IMG/VR virus record: IMGVR_UViG_3300045988_098422
Source of the DNA: a virus
Reading direction: 5' to 3' (one strand)
Length of the DNA: 64,000 nucleotides
Position 1 is the first letter of the stretch, and each line of letters starts with the position of its first letter. The notes below the pieces were generated by a model that was given only the letters and a program-made list of their open reading frames with translations, had not been told where the DNA came from and did not search any database. Position numbers and translations under genes: made by a program. This document shows, one piece after another, positions 7,802 through 18,145 of the stretch.

Positions 7802-9979
7802 ATGGCAGACGATAATAAAAACAAAATGCCCGTTACGAAGTATGAGTTTACAAGTATTAACGGGCAAACGGTTAAAGAAGCTCCTATTAATGAATTTTGG
7901 GAAGACCTTGTGCGTTTGGAGTTGTTGGACAAGGATTTTGAGGGTCCGGATTGGTTGGCTTTAGAAGTGGACGGGTTGACAAATGCCGCCCGAATTTGGG
8001 AAACTTATACGCCTGAAGAAAAGAAGAAAGAGGAGGGTGGTGAAACCAACCCTCCGTTCATTAAATACGGCACAATTGTCTATTTGTGGAATAAAGATAT
8101 TGTCGCTGAAATGCAAAAAATTATAGGCTCAGAAATATTTATGGAACAAAAGGATTTTAATGCCTTTTATACTGAAAATATGGAGCTTATTGTTTCTGAC
8201 CCAGATTACACACCATTTACCGACTTAACAGACACTAATAGTAGTAAAGCACAAAATAAGCGTGAGCGCAATAATATCGGATATCTTTTTAAGTTTAAAT
8301 CCTTGGAAATAAAAGTCTGGATTTATGTACGAGCGTTAAATAAGATTATGGATGTTAGTGCATGGGTTCAAAGTTGTACCACTAACAAAGATAAGGGGGT
8401 GGGCACTTTTTCATTGGATTTGTTGCCGACTGCCGATTTGACCCCGTTGTCTTATGGCGATGAAATTATAGAACAGTTTAATGTCATTAATTCCCAATAT
8501 TCATTGACAAGAGATTGGTTTACCACCTACGTTCAGAATAACGACCTTGTGTTTATAAGGTTTGAAAGGTTACGAATGGAAGAAGATGTGGATAAGAGTT
8601 TAGGTGGGGAACGAAATGCAGAAGTGCAACCGTCAAGCCTGAATAGCGATGTTATTTGGGATATGATGGCGTTGGTGGATACTGTTAGCTTGACAGTTAG
8701 TTCACTGTCTAACGATTATACTGTGAATATACAGGGTCGTGATTATACTAAGCTATTGGTAGAGGATGGTAGTTATTTCATTCCATTAAAATTTGTTGAG
8801 GGTAGTCCTGACAAGTGGTTTTATGGTGGTGACCCTGAGAGTGAGTGGTTTAAACGCAATATGATTACAGGCGCATACGATTATTACTTTGCGTATTCTT
8901 TTCAGAAAATAAAACAGGTGCTTTGGTTTGTTATTAATCAGTTGTCCAATATTGGGATAGTGGATAATTCTTTATTTGCCTCATGCGCAAAGGTAACGAA
9001 AAAATACGCTGTTGAAACAGGCGATGATAAATACAAGGGAATGGAAGCTGATGTGAATGGTATATGGCAGATGATAGAGTTATTTGTTGATGACAACTTG
9101 AATGACAGACGTATTGTTGACCGTTCCCTAGTGAACCCAGAAGGAACACTCTTAGACTTCTTTAATAAGGTTTGTCAAGACCCCTTTGTAGAATTTTGGG
9201 GAGATACTTGGGGCAATGGATACCAATTTTTGGTTAGACAGCCACCATTTACCGCTCAAGCAATAGAAAGCATTATCAGTCAGGATAAGTATTATATTAC
9301 AATAAATTCTGAAGATATATTTGCATTGTCGTTGTCTTACGATGATAGAGCTTATGCGTGGTATAGATTAATGCCACAAAATAGCATGATGGGAAATAGC
9401 CAGTTTTCTTCGCTCGCTTTAGTTCCTATAATTTTCTTTGAACAATTTTGCAAAATGTACGGAAATAAACGTTGTATTATTAATGATATTTATTTGTCGG
9501 AGAGTTATTTGTATGGCAAAGAAAAGGACAGGGCGAAAGGTTTGACAACTTTATCACAAGCATTGCTGAATGATTTGTTGTATGTTGTGGAAACTTCTGT
9601 TTATTTACCGTTTACTCGGAAAGGAACTATTACTATAAATGGCGACCGAAGAATTAAAGTGGGTACATTTGTTCGTTTGGCTCCGACTAACGAACTGTTT
9701 TATGTTACCGGAGTAAACAATACTGCCACATTTACAGGCGATGCCGTAGACCGTATTACGACGTTAACCGTGGAAAGAGGTATGGTGATGGATTACATTG
9801 CTCGCAGTAAGGATTACTCCTATTTTAAAATTGCAAATTTGGACGGAATGCGAAAGGAAATTACTGAACGCAATGAAGCTAATAACAAGCAACAGGGCGG
9901 TTCTAGTGCTACCCCGTCAAAATTTGGTATAAACGAAGACCAATTTAATTTCTTTATGAACCGACAAATGTATAAATAG
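7802..9979 (+). CDS. tail/baseplate hub-associated protein
   Basis: 725 aa, follows the tape measure gene by 1 nt. Positional call only. Confidence 0.4.
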   Translation: MADDNKNKMPVTKYEFTSINGQTVKEAPINEFWEDLVRLELLDKDFEGPDWLALEVDGLTNAARIWETYTPEEKKKEEGGETNPPFIKYGTIVYLWNKDIVAEMQKIIGSEIFMEQKDFNAFYTENMELIVSDPDYTPFTDLTDTNSSKAQNKRERNNIGYLFKFKSLEIKVWIYVRALNKIMDVSAWVQSCTTNKDKGVGTFSLDLLPTADLTPLSYGDEIIEQFNVINSQYSLTRDWFTTYVQNNDLVFIRFERLRMEEDVDKSLGGERNAEVQPSSLNSDVIWDMMALVDTVSLTVSSLSNDYTVNIQGRDYTKLLVEDGSYFIPLKFVEGSPDKWFYGGDPESEWFKRNMITGAYDYYFAYSFQKIKQVLWFVINQLSNIGIVDNSLFASCAKVTKKYAVETGDDKYKGMEADVNGIWQMIELFVDDNLNDRRIVDRSLVNPEGTLLDFFNKVCQDPFVEFWGDTWGNGYQFLVRQPPFTAQAIESIISQDKYYITINSEDIFALSLSYDDRAYAWYRLMPQNSMMGNSQFSSLALVPIIFFEQFCKMYGNKRCIINDIYLSESYLYGKEKDRAKGLTTLSQALLNDLLYVVETSVYLPFTRKGTITINGDRRIKVGTFVRLAPTNELFYVTGVNNTATFTGDAVDRITTLTVERGMVMDYIARSKDYSYFKIANLDGMRKEITERNEANNKQQGGSSATPSKFGINEDQFNFFMNRQMYK

Positions 9980-9980
9980 G

Positions 9981-11012
9981 ATGGTAAAGATAATTCGTAA
10001 ATCTAAGCAAGGGGTCGCTCCAGTGGGTAGAAATAGAACTACCCAACAGACGACTGGATTTGGGTATGTTATTATTCCCGAAGGAGTGGATAGGAATAAA
10101 TATGTGGACGGCTGTTTTAGACGAAACCGATTGTCTATTATAGATGATGCAGATGGTAACATCATTCACGATTGTTACGTGTCTAAAGAAGTTTTGGCAA
10201 ATGTGGAGTTTCCATTGGAAGTCGGGGAAAAGGGGGTTCCTGTTGTATGGGTGGCGCAGCCTTTTCAAAATATACCGATGATTGTGGGCACATTATCATC
10301 TTACGATAGTGTAACAATTCGCAGCGATGCAGAAATTAACTATTCAAAAACTTGGGAAAAGGGCGAAGTTACAATTAAAGGGAACGCCCGTGATGGTTCA
10401 TTAACACTGTTGGTTCGGGGTCAAGAATTTAGCCGTATTAAAATAGCTGCATTTGGTAGCGAAGACAGCGTGTGTGAAGTGTTTAGTAATGGCAGCATAG
10501 ATGTCACAGCCAATAAGGATGTCACAATTAAGGCGTTTCAAAATTTAGTTGGGAACGTAACAGACAGCGAGACAGGCAATTCTTCGGGTTTTAGCGTCAA
10601 TAAGGAAAGTTTTACCACCGAGGCGAACTATGGTGAGGGCGATGACAAAAACTTCGCTAAAACGCAAATAACCGAGGAAGGACGAGTGACTGAAATAAAA
10701 GCAGGCGAAAGCACCTATAAGCAGATAGTTAATGAAAGTATGGATGAAACCACTTTTCAGGACTGCACAGTTAAGGCTGAAAAGGGCAAATTAACTATTT
10801 CCCAAGGAAAAGCAGTTATTGAAATAAGCGGGGGCAAATTGGCTATTACGAATGATGGTACAGGTTTAAATGAACTGTTAACGAAAATTGTTGATGCTAT
10901 TGCGACACTAACTGTTTCAACCGCAGTCGGTCCGAGTGGAACCCCGTTACCACCTACTATTCAAAAGACAACTGAATTAACTAATTTATTAAAACAATTT
11001 TTTAACAAATAA
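9981..11012 (+). CDS. putative baseplate central spike (beta-helix-like)
   Basis: 343 aa with repetitive short beta-strand segments (VTIKGNARDGSLTLLV.., IDVTANKDVTIKAF.., KLTISQGKAVIEISGGKLAITNDG), typical of gp5/VgrG-like spikes. Confidence 0.4.
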   Translation: MVKIIRKSKQGVAPVGRNRTTQQTTGFGYVIIPEGVDRNKYVDGCFRRNRLSIIDDADGNIIHDCYVSKEVLANVEFPLEVGEKGVPVVWVAQPFQNIPMIVGTLSSYDSVTIRSDAEINYSKTWEKGEVTIKGNARDGSLTLLVRGQEFSRIKIAAFGSEDSVCEVFSNGSIDVTANKDVTIKAFQNLVGNVTDSETGNSSGFSVNKESFTTEANYGEGDDKNFAKTQITEEGRVTEIKAGESTYKQIVNESMDETTFQDCTVKAEKGKLTISQGKAVIEISGGKLAITNDGTGLNELLTKIVDAIATLTVSTAVGPSGTPLPPTIQKTTELTNLLKQFFNK

Positions 11013-11014
11013 CT

Positions 11015-11236
11015 ATGGCACTCAATAAAGCAGGTTTGGCGTCTGATATCTTAAATTTGATGACGCAAATGCGTAAAGAAACAGAAATAGATGATAGCAA
11101 ATTTGCAAATGCTTTGGCAGAGGCTATTGACAAGTTTGTTAAGACAGGTGAAGTTCCCGCAGGTATAGCCGTATCAACTACGGGTAGCGCAACGGCTCAA
11201 ACAGGGGCTACGACAGCTCCGGGCACAATAATCTAA
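11015..11236 (+). CDS. small baseplate-module protein
   Basis: 73 aa, tightly packed after the spike candidate. Confidence 0.35.
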   Translation: MALNKAGLASDILNLMTQMRKETEIDDSKFANALAEAIDKFVKTGEVPAGIAVSTTGSATAQTGATTAPGTII

Positions 11237-11268
11237 TTAATTGCTATATTTGTAGAAAATTTTAGGTT

Positions 11269-12060
11269 ATGGCAAATAGTTTTATAATGGATAAGTTGCA
11301 AAGTATGACTAGCATGGCACGCTCGATTGGGATAGAGGCGGTAAGTCGTTTGTATCCTAATGATTTTGAAGTGTACATGGTGGCTCTGGAGCTTACTGAT
11401 AGCCAAGACAATATGATTGATTACTTGGTGTTTCCTGTATTGCCTGACGCAATAACCAAAACAGAGCCGACCCGTACCAATATTAAGAAGTCTTTGGCAG
11501 GGGTAACAGTTTTGACAAATCCTAGTTTTACTCCTCAAGAGATAAATATTAAAGGTTCTTTCGGTAGAAATTTTAAAATCTTAAGAGGCAAACAATCAGG
11601 TTCTTCTTTGTCTGTAAATGCGGGCAAATATAGTTTGTATAGTGTGATGTCAAAGACAATGGCTTTAAACTTGAATTTTGGTGAATTTGATTTGGGTATA
11701 AAGACAGGGTATGGAATACTTAAAATACTGAAAGCTATGTGTGATAAAAGTGTGGGGCTAGACGATAATGGAAAACCGTTGCGTCTATACTTTTATAATA
11801 TGGCTTTAGGTGAGAGTTATCTGGTAGCTATCCCTCCGAGTGGTGTGCAGTATAGTCAAGATGTTTCTAAAAATATGATTTGGAACTATAACTTGACGAT
11901 GATGGCTTTGGCTCCTTTGGAAGCCGTACAGAGCCGAGCAAACCGTTCTTCGGAATTGGTGGATAATTTATTGCCGTCATTGGTTCAAATGGGTGTCAGT
12001 GAATTGGCGAGTGGCGTAGAAAAAGCAACTAGAGGGATAAGGAGTGCGGTGTTATGGTAG
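11269..12060 (+). CDS. baseplate-module protein
   Basis: 263 aa. Its stop overlaps the next start (ATGGTAG). Confidence 0.4.
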   Translation: MANSFIMDKLQSMTSMARSIGIEAVSRLYPNDFEVYMVALELTDSQDNMIDYLVFPVLPDAITKTEPTRTNIKKSLAGVTVLTNPSFTPQEINIKGSFGRNFKILRGKQSGSSLSVNAGKYSLYSVMSKTMALNLNFGEFDLGIKTGYGILKILKAMCDKSVGLDDNGKPLRLYFYNMALGESYLVAIPPSGVQYSQDVSKNMIWNYNLTMMALAPLEAVQSRANRSSELVDNLLPSLVQMGVSELASGVEKATRGIRSAVLW

Positions 12061-12968
12061 AAGCGATACAGAAATTTAAACAGTTAACGGGATATAATAT
12101 ACAGGCTTTCTTTGAAGACTTTGTATTGTTTTGTAATTCGTATTATCCGTTAATTGTAGGTTATTACACGGGCGCAACAAATGTATCGGTTGATGATAGT
12201 TTTGGGCGTTTAGAAACCCTTATGAAGCAAGCGCAGGAAATAGAACCTTTGTTTACTTTAAAGGCAAACAGTTTGACAGGGATTGGAGCTTGGGAGCTTT
12301 TAGATACGTTTACTGATTGTCAAACAAAACTTTGGACTATTAATAATTCTTCACGTTGGTTACGTTCGGCAATTATTGGCAAGTTTTCTAATAATATTGC
12401 TTTGAACAGAGTATTAAAAAGCCGTGAGAATTTTGAAATTGTAGCTACTGAATTGGGCAGTAATGACCCTCAAAATGCGTGGTTTGATATTGCTAAAAAC
12501 AATTTTGTTGAGGAAGAGGACTACGATGCTAATAATGAGGGCGGTATGTTCAAAATTAATATAAAACAGTCTGGCAATTACGATATTCCAAATATTGTTG
12601 ATAATTTAAGTTCCGAAAAGATTTTGGGGCGGGATATGGATGTTGACTTTAGGTTTGAGAATAATGATATTGCTACTGTTGATTATGAATTGGCAGTTCG
12701 GCAGGCGTTTAACACGATATTGCATTGTGTCAAGGGAGCGATACCTGAATTTAATGATTATGGAATACCAAACGATATTCCGGGGTCAAGCGTTAATGCA
12801 GTTCAATATCCGGTTTTGTTTAAACATATCATGAATATGTTCCAGCGTGATGCTCGTTGGGTACAGGTCAATCTTATTGATGTGTATCGTAAAGAAGATA
12901 ACATTTTTATGAAAATAAATGCGAAAACGGTTACAAATAACTTTTTAGAAACAAATATTCAGATATGA
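12054..12968 (+). CDS. baseplate wedge protein with gp25/GPW-like C-terminal region
   Basis: ILHCVKGAIPEFNDYGIPNDIPG resembles the gp25-family G-x-x-P-x-x-P-x-(F/Y)G motif. Lies directly upstream of the baseplate J-like gene. Confidence 0.4.
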   Translation: MVEAIQKFKQLTGYNIQAFFEDFVLFCNSYYPLIVGYYTGATNVSVDDSFGRLETLMKQAQEIEPLFTLKANSLTGIGAWELLDTFTDCQTKLWTINNSSRWLRSAIIGKFSNNIALNRVLKSRENFEIVATELGSNDPQNAWFDIAKNNFVEEEDYDANNEGGMFKINIKQSGNYDIPNIVDNLSSEKILGRDMDVDFRFENNDIATVDYELAVRQAFNTILHCVKGAIPEFNDYGIPNDIPGSSVNAVQYPVLFKHIMNMFQRDARWVQVNLIDVYRKEDNIFMKINAKTVTNNFLETNIQI

Positions 12969-14167
12969 TAACAAAGGTAAACAATACAATTTCCTTCCTT
13001 AAGAATTTATGGGTGGAAACATTTTTGAATAAAACGGATAAAGTAACCGATATTACAGATAATTCCGTTTTGAATGGAGTTGCTTATGGTACGGCAAAGG
13101 TAGCACAAAAGGCGTTGAAAGATATTGCTATCGTAGAAGCGCAAATTTTTCCGGAAGAAGCGACAGGGGATTATTTGGACAGGGCGGCTCAATTGTTTGG
13201 TGTTACACCCCGTAAAGGTGCACTCGGTTCATCTACTTATATTCGGGTCTATGCAGCTCCTGGAACAGTTTATACCGCAGGTGTGAATACATTTGTGAGC
13301 AATGATGGTGTTCGGTTTGCCATAGAAGAGAGCCTGACTGTTGGTGAAACGGGTTATGGATATGTAAAAGTGCGTAGTGAGAGTACAGGTTCTTTTACCA
13401 ATGTTTCGGCAAACTCTATTGTAACTTTGTCACCTATTCCACAAGGGCATTACGAATGTACGAATGAATATTATGCTTTAGGCGGGCGCGACCAAGAGAG
13501 CGACGAAATGTTTCGCAGGCGCATTTTAAATCATCAAAATGTGTACGCCACCGCCACGATGGAGAAATTTACACAAATATTCCAAAATATTGACAGCCGT
13601 GTCTTAAAAATTATGTATATCGGTATAATGGAAGACGGCTTTATGCACATTCAAATTGCTACACAGAACGGGCAGGATTTGACCGAAGCTGAATTGAATA
13701 CATTGCTTGAGGGTGCAGCCCCTTATTTTGGTATTGGGGACTTCATTGTTAATGGAAACCTTATGGGAATTAAGTTGGAGAATGCAACTTGGTACGAAGT
13801 AGGTGGAGAAGACGGTATTGATTTCCGTTGTGAAATTGAGGCAGAATATGCTAATGACATATCTACCGTGCGCAAGAATATTCAGGTAGGTCTGACTAAG
13901 TATTTGGATTTTCGTTATTGGGAAGCTGGAAACAAGGTTGAATGGGATAACTTGCTGGATATTGTAAAACAAGCCGAAGGAGTGCGCTACGTGGCTTCTG
14001 AATGGTTTAAACCAAATGTGGATGAACCTGTTGCTGATTATATGTTGCCACGTGTGAAGAAATTTATCATGCGTGATTTGGAAGGCAACGTGATGACAGA
14101 CGAATTAGGCGAGACACAGTTGTATGACAATTTAGCTCCTGTATTTTACCCCGCTGGACAAAGCTAG
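12965..14167 (+). CDS. baseplate J-like (gp6/gpJ family) protein
   Basis: 400 aa. The N-terminal region (..AIVEAQIFPEEATGDYLDRAAQLFGVTPRKGALGSSTYIRV) follows the Baseplate_J pattern. Start overlaps the upstream stop (ATGA). Confidence 0.6.
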   Translation: MITKVNNTISFLKNLWVETFLNKTDKVTDITDNSVLNGVAYGTAKVAQKALKDIAIVEAQIFPEEATGDYLDRAAQLFGVTPRKGALGSSTYIRVYAAPGTVYTAGVNTFVSNDGVRFAIEESLTVGETGYGYVKVRSESTGSFTNVSANSIVTLSPIPQGHYECTNEYYALGGRDQESDEMFRRRILNHQNVYATATMEKFTQIFQNIDSRVLKIMYIGIMEDGFMHIQIATQNGQDLTEAELNTLLEGAAPYFGIGDFIVNGNLMGIKLENATWYEVGGEDGIDFRCEIEAEYANDISTVRKNIQVGLTKYLDFRYWEAGNKVEWDNLLDIVKQAEGVRYVASEWFKPNVDEPVADYMLPRVKKFIMRDLEGNVMTDELGETQLYDNLAPVFYPAGQS

Positions 14168-14221
14168 TTATTGAATAAAAATTAAACTGTAAATTTACGT
14201 GCAAATTAGCAATAAGGGATA

Positions 14222-14707
14222 ATGGAAACAGAAGTTAGAAATTTCAATTTACAGTGGGCATCTGGAGTGGCGACGGCTTTATGGGGCTCGTTTGCTCCTA
14301 TTCAAGATATGCTGATAGGGGTGTTTATATTTATAGGCGTGGACTTCATTGTGGGGTGCATTGCAAGTTATAAACGAGCGAAGCGTAGAAAGGTGCGATG
14401 GTACTTTGAAAGTGCAAAAGCGTGGAATACGATTTATAAATTGGCTTTTTCATTGATAGCCGTTTCGTTATCCTATTATTTGGATGAAAAGATTTTTGAT
14501 TTCGTAGATTTGAAGTTGCCGAACATGGTTGCCGGATTTGTTTGTGGTACGGAATTTTGGAGCTTCTTAGAAAATGCAGGTGACATTAGTGAACACCCTG
14601 TATTTAAAGCTATACGAAAAATAACTAAGCGAAAAATAAATAGGGTGATAGATAACGATGATGAATTTCCTCCAACGAATTGCCCGCCTGAAGAAATTAA
14701 CCAATAA
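14222..14707 (+). CDS. holin (phage_holin_4_1-like)
   Basis: Three or four hydrophobic segments and the GTEFWSFLENAGD motif (E-x-x-S-x-x-EN characteristic of this holin family). Confidence 0.55.
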   Translation: METEVRNFNLQWASGVATALWGSFAPIQDMLIGVFIFIGVDFIVGCIASYKRAKRRKVRWYFESAKAWNTIYKLAFSLIAVSLSYYLDEKIFDFVDLKLPNMVAGFVCGTEFWSFLENAGDISEHPVFKAIRKITKRKINRVIDNDDEFPPTNCPPEEINQ

Positions 14708-14721
14708 AGAAAGGAGTAATT

Positions 14722-15177
14722 ATGGAAATCGTTTTAAACAGTATTAAGTTCACCGCTACCGCTACGATGGGTGAATTGTTTGCAAATGGGCTAAAGATTG
14801 CTGATACTTTGGAAGATACTTACAGGGTGTTACCGCCCGCTTGTCCAAATACTCCTAAGGGGGTGGGCTGTAAGTGCAAAGAAAAGGTATATGGGAAAAC
14901 TTGTATTCCGGCTGGAAGATACAAGGTGGTTTGGCACTATTCACCGAAATTTAAGAATTATTACCCGATGTTGGAAAACGTACCGCACTTTATCGGCATT
15001 CTTATTCACGCAGGTGGTAATGTAGACCACACAGATGGATGTATTTTGACAGGTGAGGAAATTCCTGGACAGGAAAAACTGAAAAATCAGTTTGAAGTCA
15101 CTAACAAGGTAAAGAGTATGATAAAAAAGGCTCTTGATGCGAAAGAAGAGGTTTGGATAACGGTAAACCGAAAGTAA
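14722..15177 (+). CDS. putative endolysin-position enzyme (DUF5675-like; YkuD-like H...DGCIL motif)
   Basis: Located between the holin and a spanin-like ORF. IHAGGNVDHTDGCILTG resembles the L,D-transpeptidase-fold His...(S/T)xGC(I/V) catalytic motif. Confidence 0.35.
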   Translation: MEIVLNSIKFTATATMGELFANGLKIADTLEDTYRVLPPACPNTPKGVGCKCKEKVYGKTCIPAGRYKVVWHYSPKFKNYYPMLENVPHFIGILIHAGGNVDHTDGCILTGEEIPGQEKLKNQFEVTNKVKSMIKKALDAKEEVWITVNRK

Positions 15178-15178
15178 T

Positions 15179-15802
15179 ATGTGGAAATTTTTATTAAAGA
15201 ATTGGCAATACGTATTGATAGGGGTGTTGGTGCTTGCACTGTATATCGCTTCTAAAAATGCGATTGCCAATAAGCAAAAATACAAAAGAGAAAAGAGTAA
15301 TGTAGAAACTCTTATGTCTGACATCGAACACGCCCGCACCAAAGCGGGCGAAGATGTTGCTACGATTGGTGAATTACAATTAACCGTAGATGAGTTTAAG
15401 AAGTTACGTGCGGAAGATGCAAAGCTAATTAAAGAGCTGAAAATAAAAGCTAGTGAAGTGCGTGAGGTGGTTAAGACGGTTGTAAAAACTCGCATAGAAT
15501 ACAAAGATACTTTAGTACAGGTCGCTCCTAAAAAGTTTGAATGGAAGAAAGACACAGATTGGTGGAGCGTTGACCAAAAGATAGATTTTACACCTACTCC
15601 GCCAGAGGTAGACTTTAATATGGTTAACCGTGACAGTTTGACACACGTATTGTATAAGGTTCCGAAATTTAAGTTTCTTTGGTGGCATATTGGCACAAAA
15701 GGATATAAAATAAAGGTGATTAATCACAATCCAAGTTCTGTAATATCTTATAGCGAATGGATAAACGTGAGCAAGGAAAGCAAGAAGCGAAAAAGAGAAT
15801 AA
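15179..15802 (+). CDS. spanin-like lysis protein (N-terminal TM plus coiled coil)
   Basis: N-terminal TM (WQYVLIGVLVLALYIA) followed by a charged helical region. Last gene of the holin/lysin block. Confidence 0.35.
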   Translation: MWKFLLKNWQYVLIGVLVLALYIASKNAIANKQKYKREKSNVETLMSDIEHARTKAGEDVATIGELQLTVDEFKKLRAEDAKLIKELKIKASEVREVVKTVVKTRIEYKDTLVQVAPKKFEWKKDTDWWSVDQKIDFTPTPPEVDFNMVNRDSLTHVLYKVPKFKFLWWHIGTKGYKIKVINHNPSSVISYSEWINVSKESKKRKRE

Positions 15803-15803
15803 C

Positions 15804-18143
15804 ATGGCTAAGTTAATATATAAAGAATTTGCAGGTGTTGGCAAGGGATTTGAAGTAGCCACTTCAATCCCGCCCGCTGGATTGGTATCGGTTTTACGAG
15901 CCGCCCGTCAAGGTGAGCGCAATAAGTTTCGTTATTCTTTGGATGACGGACAAACTTTTACTGATTGGCTGGAGCTTGATGATACTAATGGAGAGTTATT
16001 AGGCAAGCTAACTGATAGGGTGGATTTGGTGATGCACGTAGTAACTGAACCGTTTTATGTCAAGAAGAGATTGGCAAGAATGGCGAATACTGTTGCTAGT
16101 CCATTTGATTTGCCTGCAAGTTCCATTTTTTACGATAGGTCTATTTTTAAGACATTTTTTGAAAGCAACGATACACGTGTCCTCGGTTGGGCGTTAAACG
16201 TATTAGAGAAATTATTTGAGCCAAATGTAATTCCTCTATATATAAGACGAAACAACCAAGACGACTACAACGCATTTTTCCTGACTATAACGCATTTCTT
16301 TGCGTTTATTGTTATTTATGGTAGGCAATTTCGTGAAATAGAAAATAGCGATATATTGCTGAAAAAGTTTGTAGAGGGGTGGGGCATTGTGTACGAAAAC
16401 ATAGACACCCCCGAGCAGCGGGCGTTCTTATTCCAGAATTGGATTAACCAATTTTATGAAAGGGGCACTCGGGATATAGCTGCCAAAGAGGAGTTGAACC
16501 CAGACGGGAGCATAAAAAGGCTAAATGGAGAACTTAGACGTTTGGTAGGATACCAGAAACCGAATGAGTTTATTTTTGCCGTGCTCACCCCGCAAGACAT
16601 TGGATGGTGTTTGGGTTACTCCTCTCCTACGTGGTATGGAACAGAAACTGTGAATGCAGTGTCAAAAGGGTACGATTTGGGCATGGTGTACAGTGAGCCG
16701 GAGAAAGGTGTTGGGGAACTAGCCAACTACCCTACAATCGGCACATTAGAGCGTAAACAGTTGGACGATATAAATGTATTCCAGCTAACAGGTTCTGGAA
16801 GGGTTGGTTTAAGTACTGAAGCTGACCCGACAAAGGCATTAGAGGTTTATCCAGGATTAGATTATGAGATTTCCATTTGGGTAAAGGCTCTTAATGCAGG
16901 CGCACAAAATTTGGAGTTTGGCGTACATTGTTACGACGGGAATATGCAGTTGATAAATCAGGCTCGTATTACTGATTTACAAGAAACTAATAGTTTTTAT
17001 ACAGGTGATAGATATCAATCCCCTTGTAAGGTGGTGGGGCAGTATTATCGCTTAACAGGCATTATCTATAATATATTAGCTCAACGGTCAGAAGGCTTCT
17101 ATTTGAACTTTGAAAACGGGAGACCATTACGTTTCATGGGAGATGTGAAATATATGGCTCCCTATTTAGTGCAGAACAGGGATGGGAATACCGCTGATGT
17201 GGTAATTGCAGGGGTAACGCTGAAGCCGTTGTATTTGCACGTGGATTACGAGTTAATAGAAAATCGCCAAGAAACTCAAGAGCTTCCATATCCAGCAATG
17301 GAATATTCCTTTACAAAGGACGGAAAGTTTACCGTATTACGGTCATCACCTACCTCACAGGGCTATCTTGGACAGCCGAATGCGATTGCAATGTATGCGC
17401 AAATTAAGTCAGCCCGTACAAAACAGGATATTGAAGAATTTACAAATAGATATCTAGTAAGTTATAAGAATGTTGTTTCTTATACATGGTTGGATTGGGT
17501 GGTTCGCACGTCTTGGTTCTTGACTTTTTATGTAAAGAAAGAATTAGATGGTTCACCGATTGCAGGTGCAACAGTTACCCTTGATAATGGGTTTACGTCC
17601 ACTACTGATGCTGACGGTTATGTGCGGTTTGAGTTACAGGATGGCAGTGTAGTGAATTGGACAGTTACCGCACGAGGCGCAACTGCAACGGGTACAGCTA
17701 CAATGAATAAAGACCAAGTAGTTAATGTGTCGTTGAATGTGCCACTTGAAGTAGATGTGACAATAGTTGAGGCAGGTTGGGGAACTGTAAATGTGGAAGG
17801 AAGTAAATTGCCGAATACTAAGATAACATTGACAGCAACACCGACAGCGGGTTATGTCTTTATTAAATATGTGATAAATCCGGGAGCTACGGAATTAACA
17901 ACTCCTATTGCTGATTATTGGTTGACAACGTTTGATATTAACGTTCAGGCGATATTTGAGCGTAGCGGAGAATTATCGTTTGCTCCGGCAGAGGTAACAA
18001 TTCCGGCAGAGGGTGGCACGGCTACCGTGACGGCAACTTCTACTAAGCATTGGCAGTTTGACGCATTGCCTGAAGATTGGGCAACTGTTACGCCAAACGA
18101 AGGAAACGAAGGAGATACAACAATTACAATAAAAATAGAATAA
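15804..18143 (+). CDS. tail fibre / receptor-binding protein with CarboxypepD_reg-like and BACON-like C-terminal modules
   Basis: 779 aa. DGSPIAGATVTLDNGFTSTTDADGYVRFEL is a carboxypeptidase-regulatory-like fold motif. C-terminus is LSFAPAEVTIPAEGGTATVTATSTKHWQF..EDWATVTPNEGNEGDTTITIKIE (BACON-like). Confidence 0.5.
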   Translation: MAKLIYKEFAGVGKGFEVATSIPPAGLVSVLRAARQGERNKFRYSLDDGQTFTDWLELDDTNGELLGKLTDRVDLVMHVVTEPFYVKKRLARMANTVASPFDLPASSIFYDRSIFKTFFESNDTRVLGWALNVLEKLFEPNVIPLYIRRNNQDDYNAFFLTITHFFAFIVIYGRQFREIENSDILLKKFVEGWGIVYENIDTPEQRAFLFQNWINQFYERGTRDIAAKEELNPDGSIKRLNGELRRLVGYQKPNEFIFAVLTPQDIGWCLGYSSPTWYGTETVNAVSKGYDLGMVYSEPEKGVGELANYPTIGTLERKQLDDINVFQLTGSGRVGLSTEADPTKALEVYPGLDYEISIWVKALNAGAQNLEFGVHCYDGNMQLINQARITDLQETNSFYTGDRYQSPCKVVGQYYRLTGIIYNILAQRSEGFYLNFENGRPLRFMGDVKYMAPYLVQNRDGNTADVVIAGVTLKPLYLHVDYELIENRQETQELPYPAMEYSFTKDGKFTVLRSSPTSQGYLGQPNAIAMYAQIKSARTKQDIEEFTNRYLVSYKNVVSYTWLDWVVRTSWFLTFYVKKELDGSPIAGATVTLDNGFTSTTDADGYVRFELQDGSVVNWTVTARGATATGTATMNKDQVVNVSLNVPLEVDVTIVEAGWGTVNVEGSKLPNTKITLTATPTAGYVFIKYVINPGATELTTPIADYWLTTFDINVQAIFERSGELSFAPAEVTIPAEGGTATVTATSTKHWQFDALPEDWATVTPNEGNEGDTTITIKIE

Positions 18144-18145
18144 TT

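Noticed and set aside
14941-15696. 251-aa minus-strand ORF (with similar cases at 55884-56630, 55742-56251, 58520-59053 and 20888-21451)
   Set aside because: They are antisense to well-supported + strand genes (lysis genes, GroEL, the GIY-YIG gene). They have no motifs, promoters or terminators of their own.
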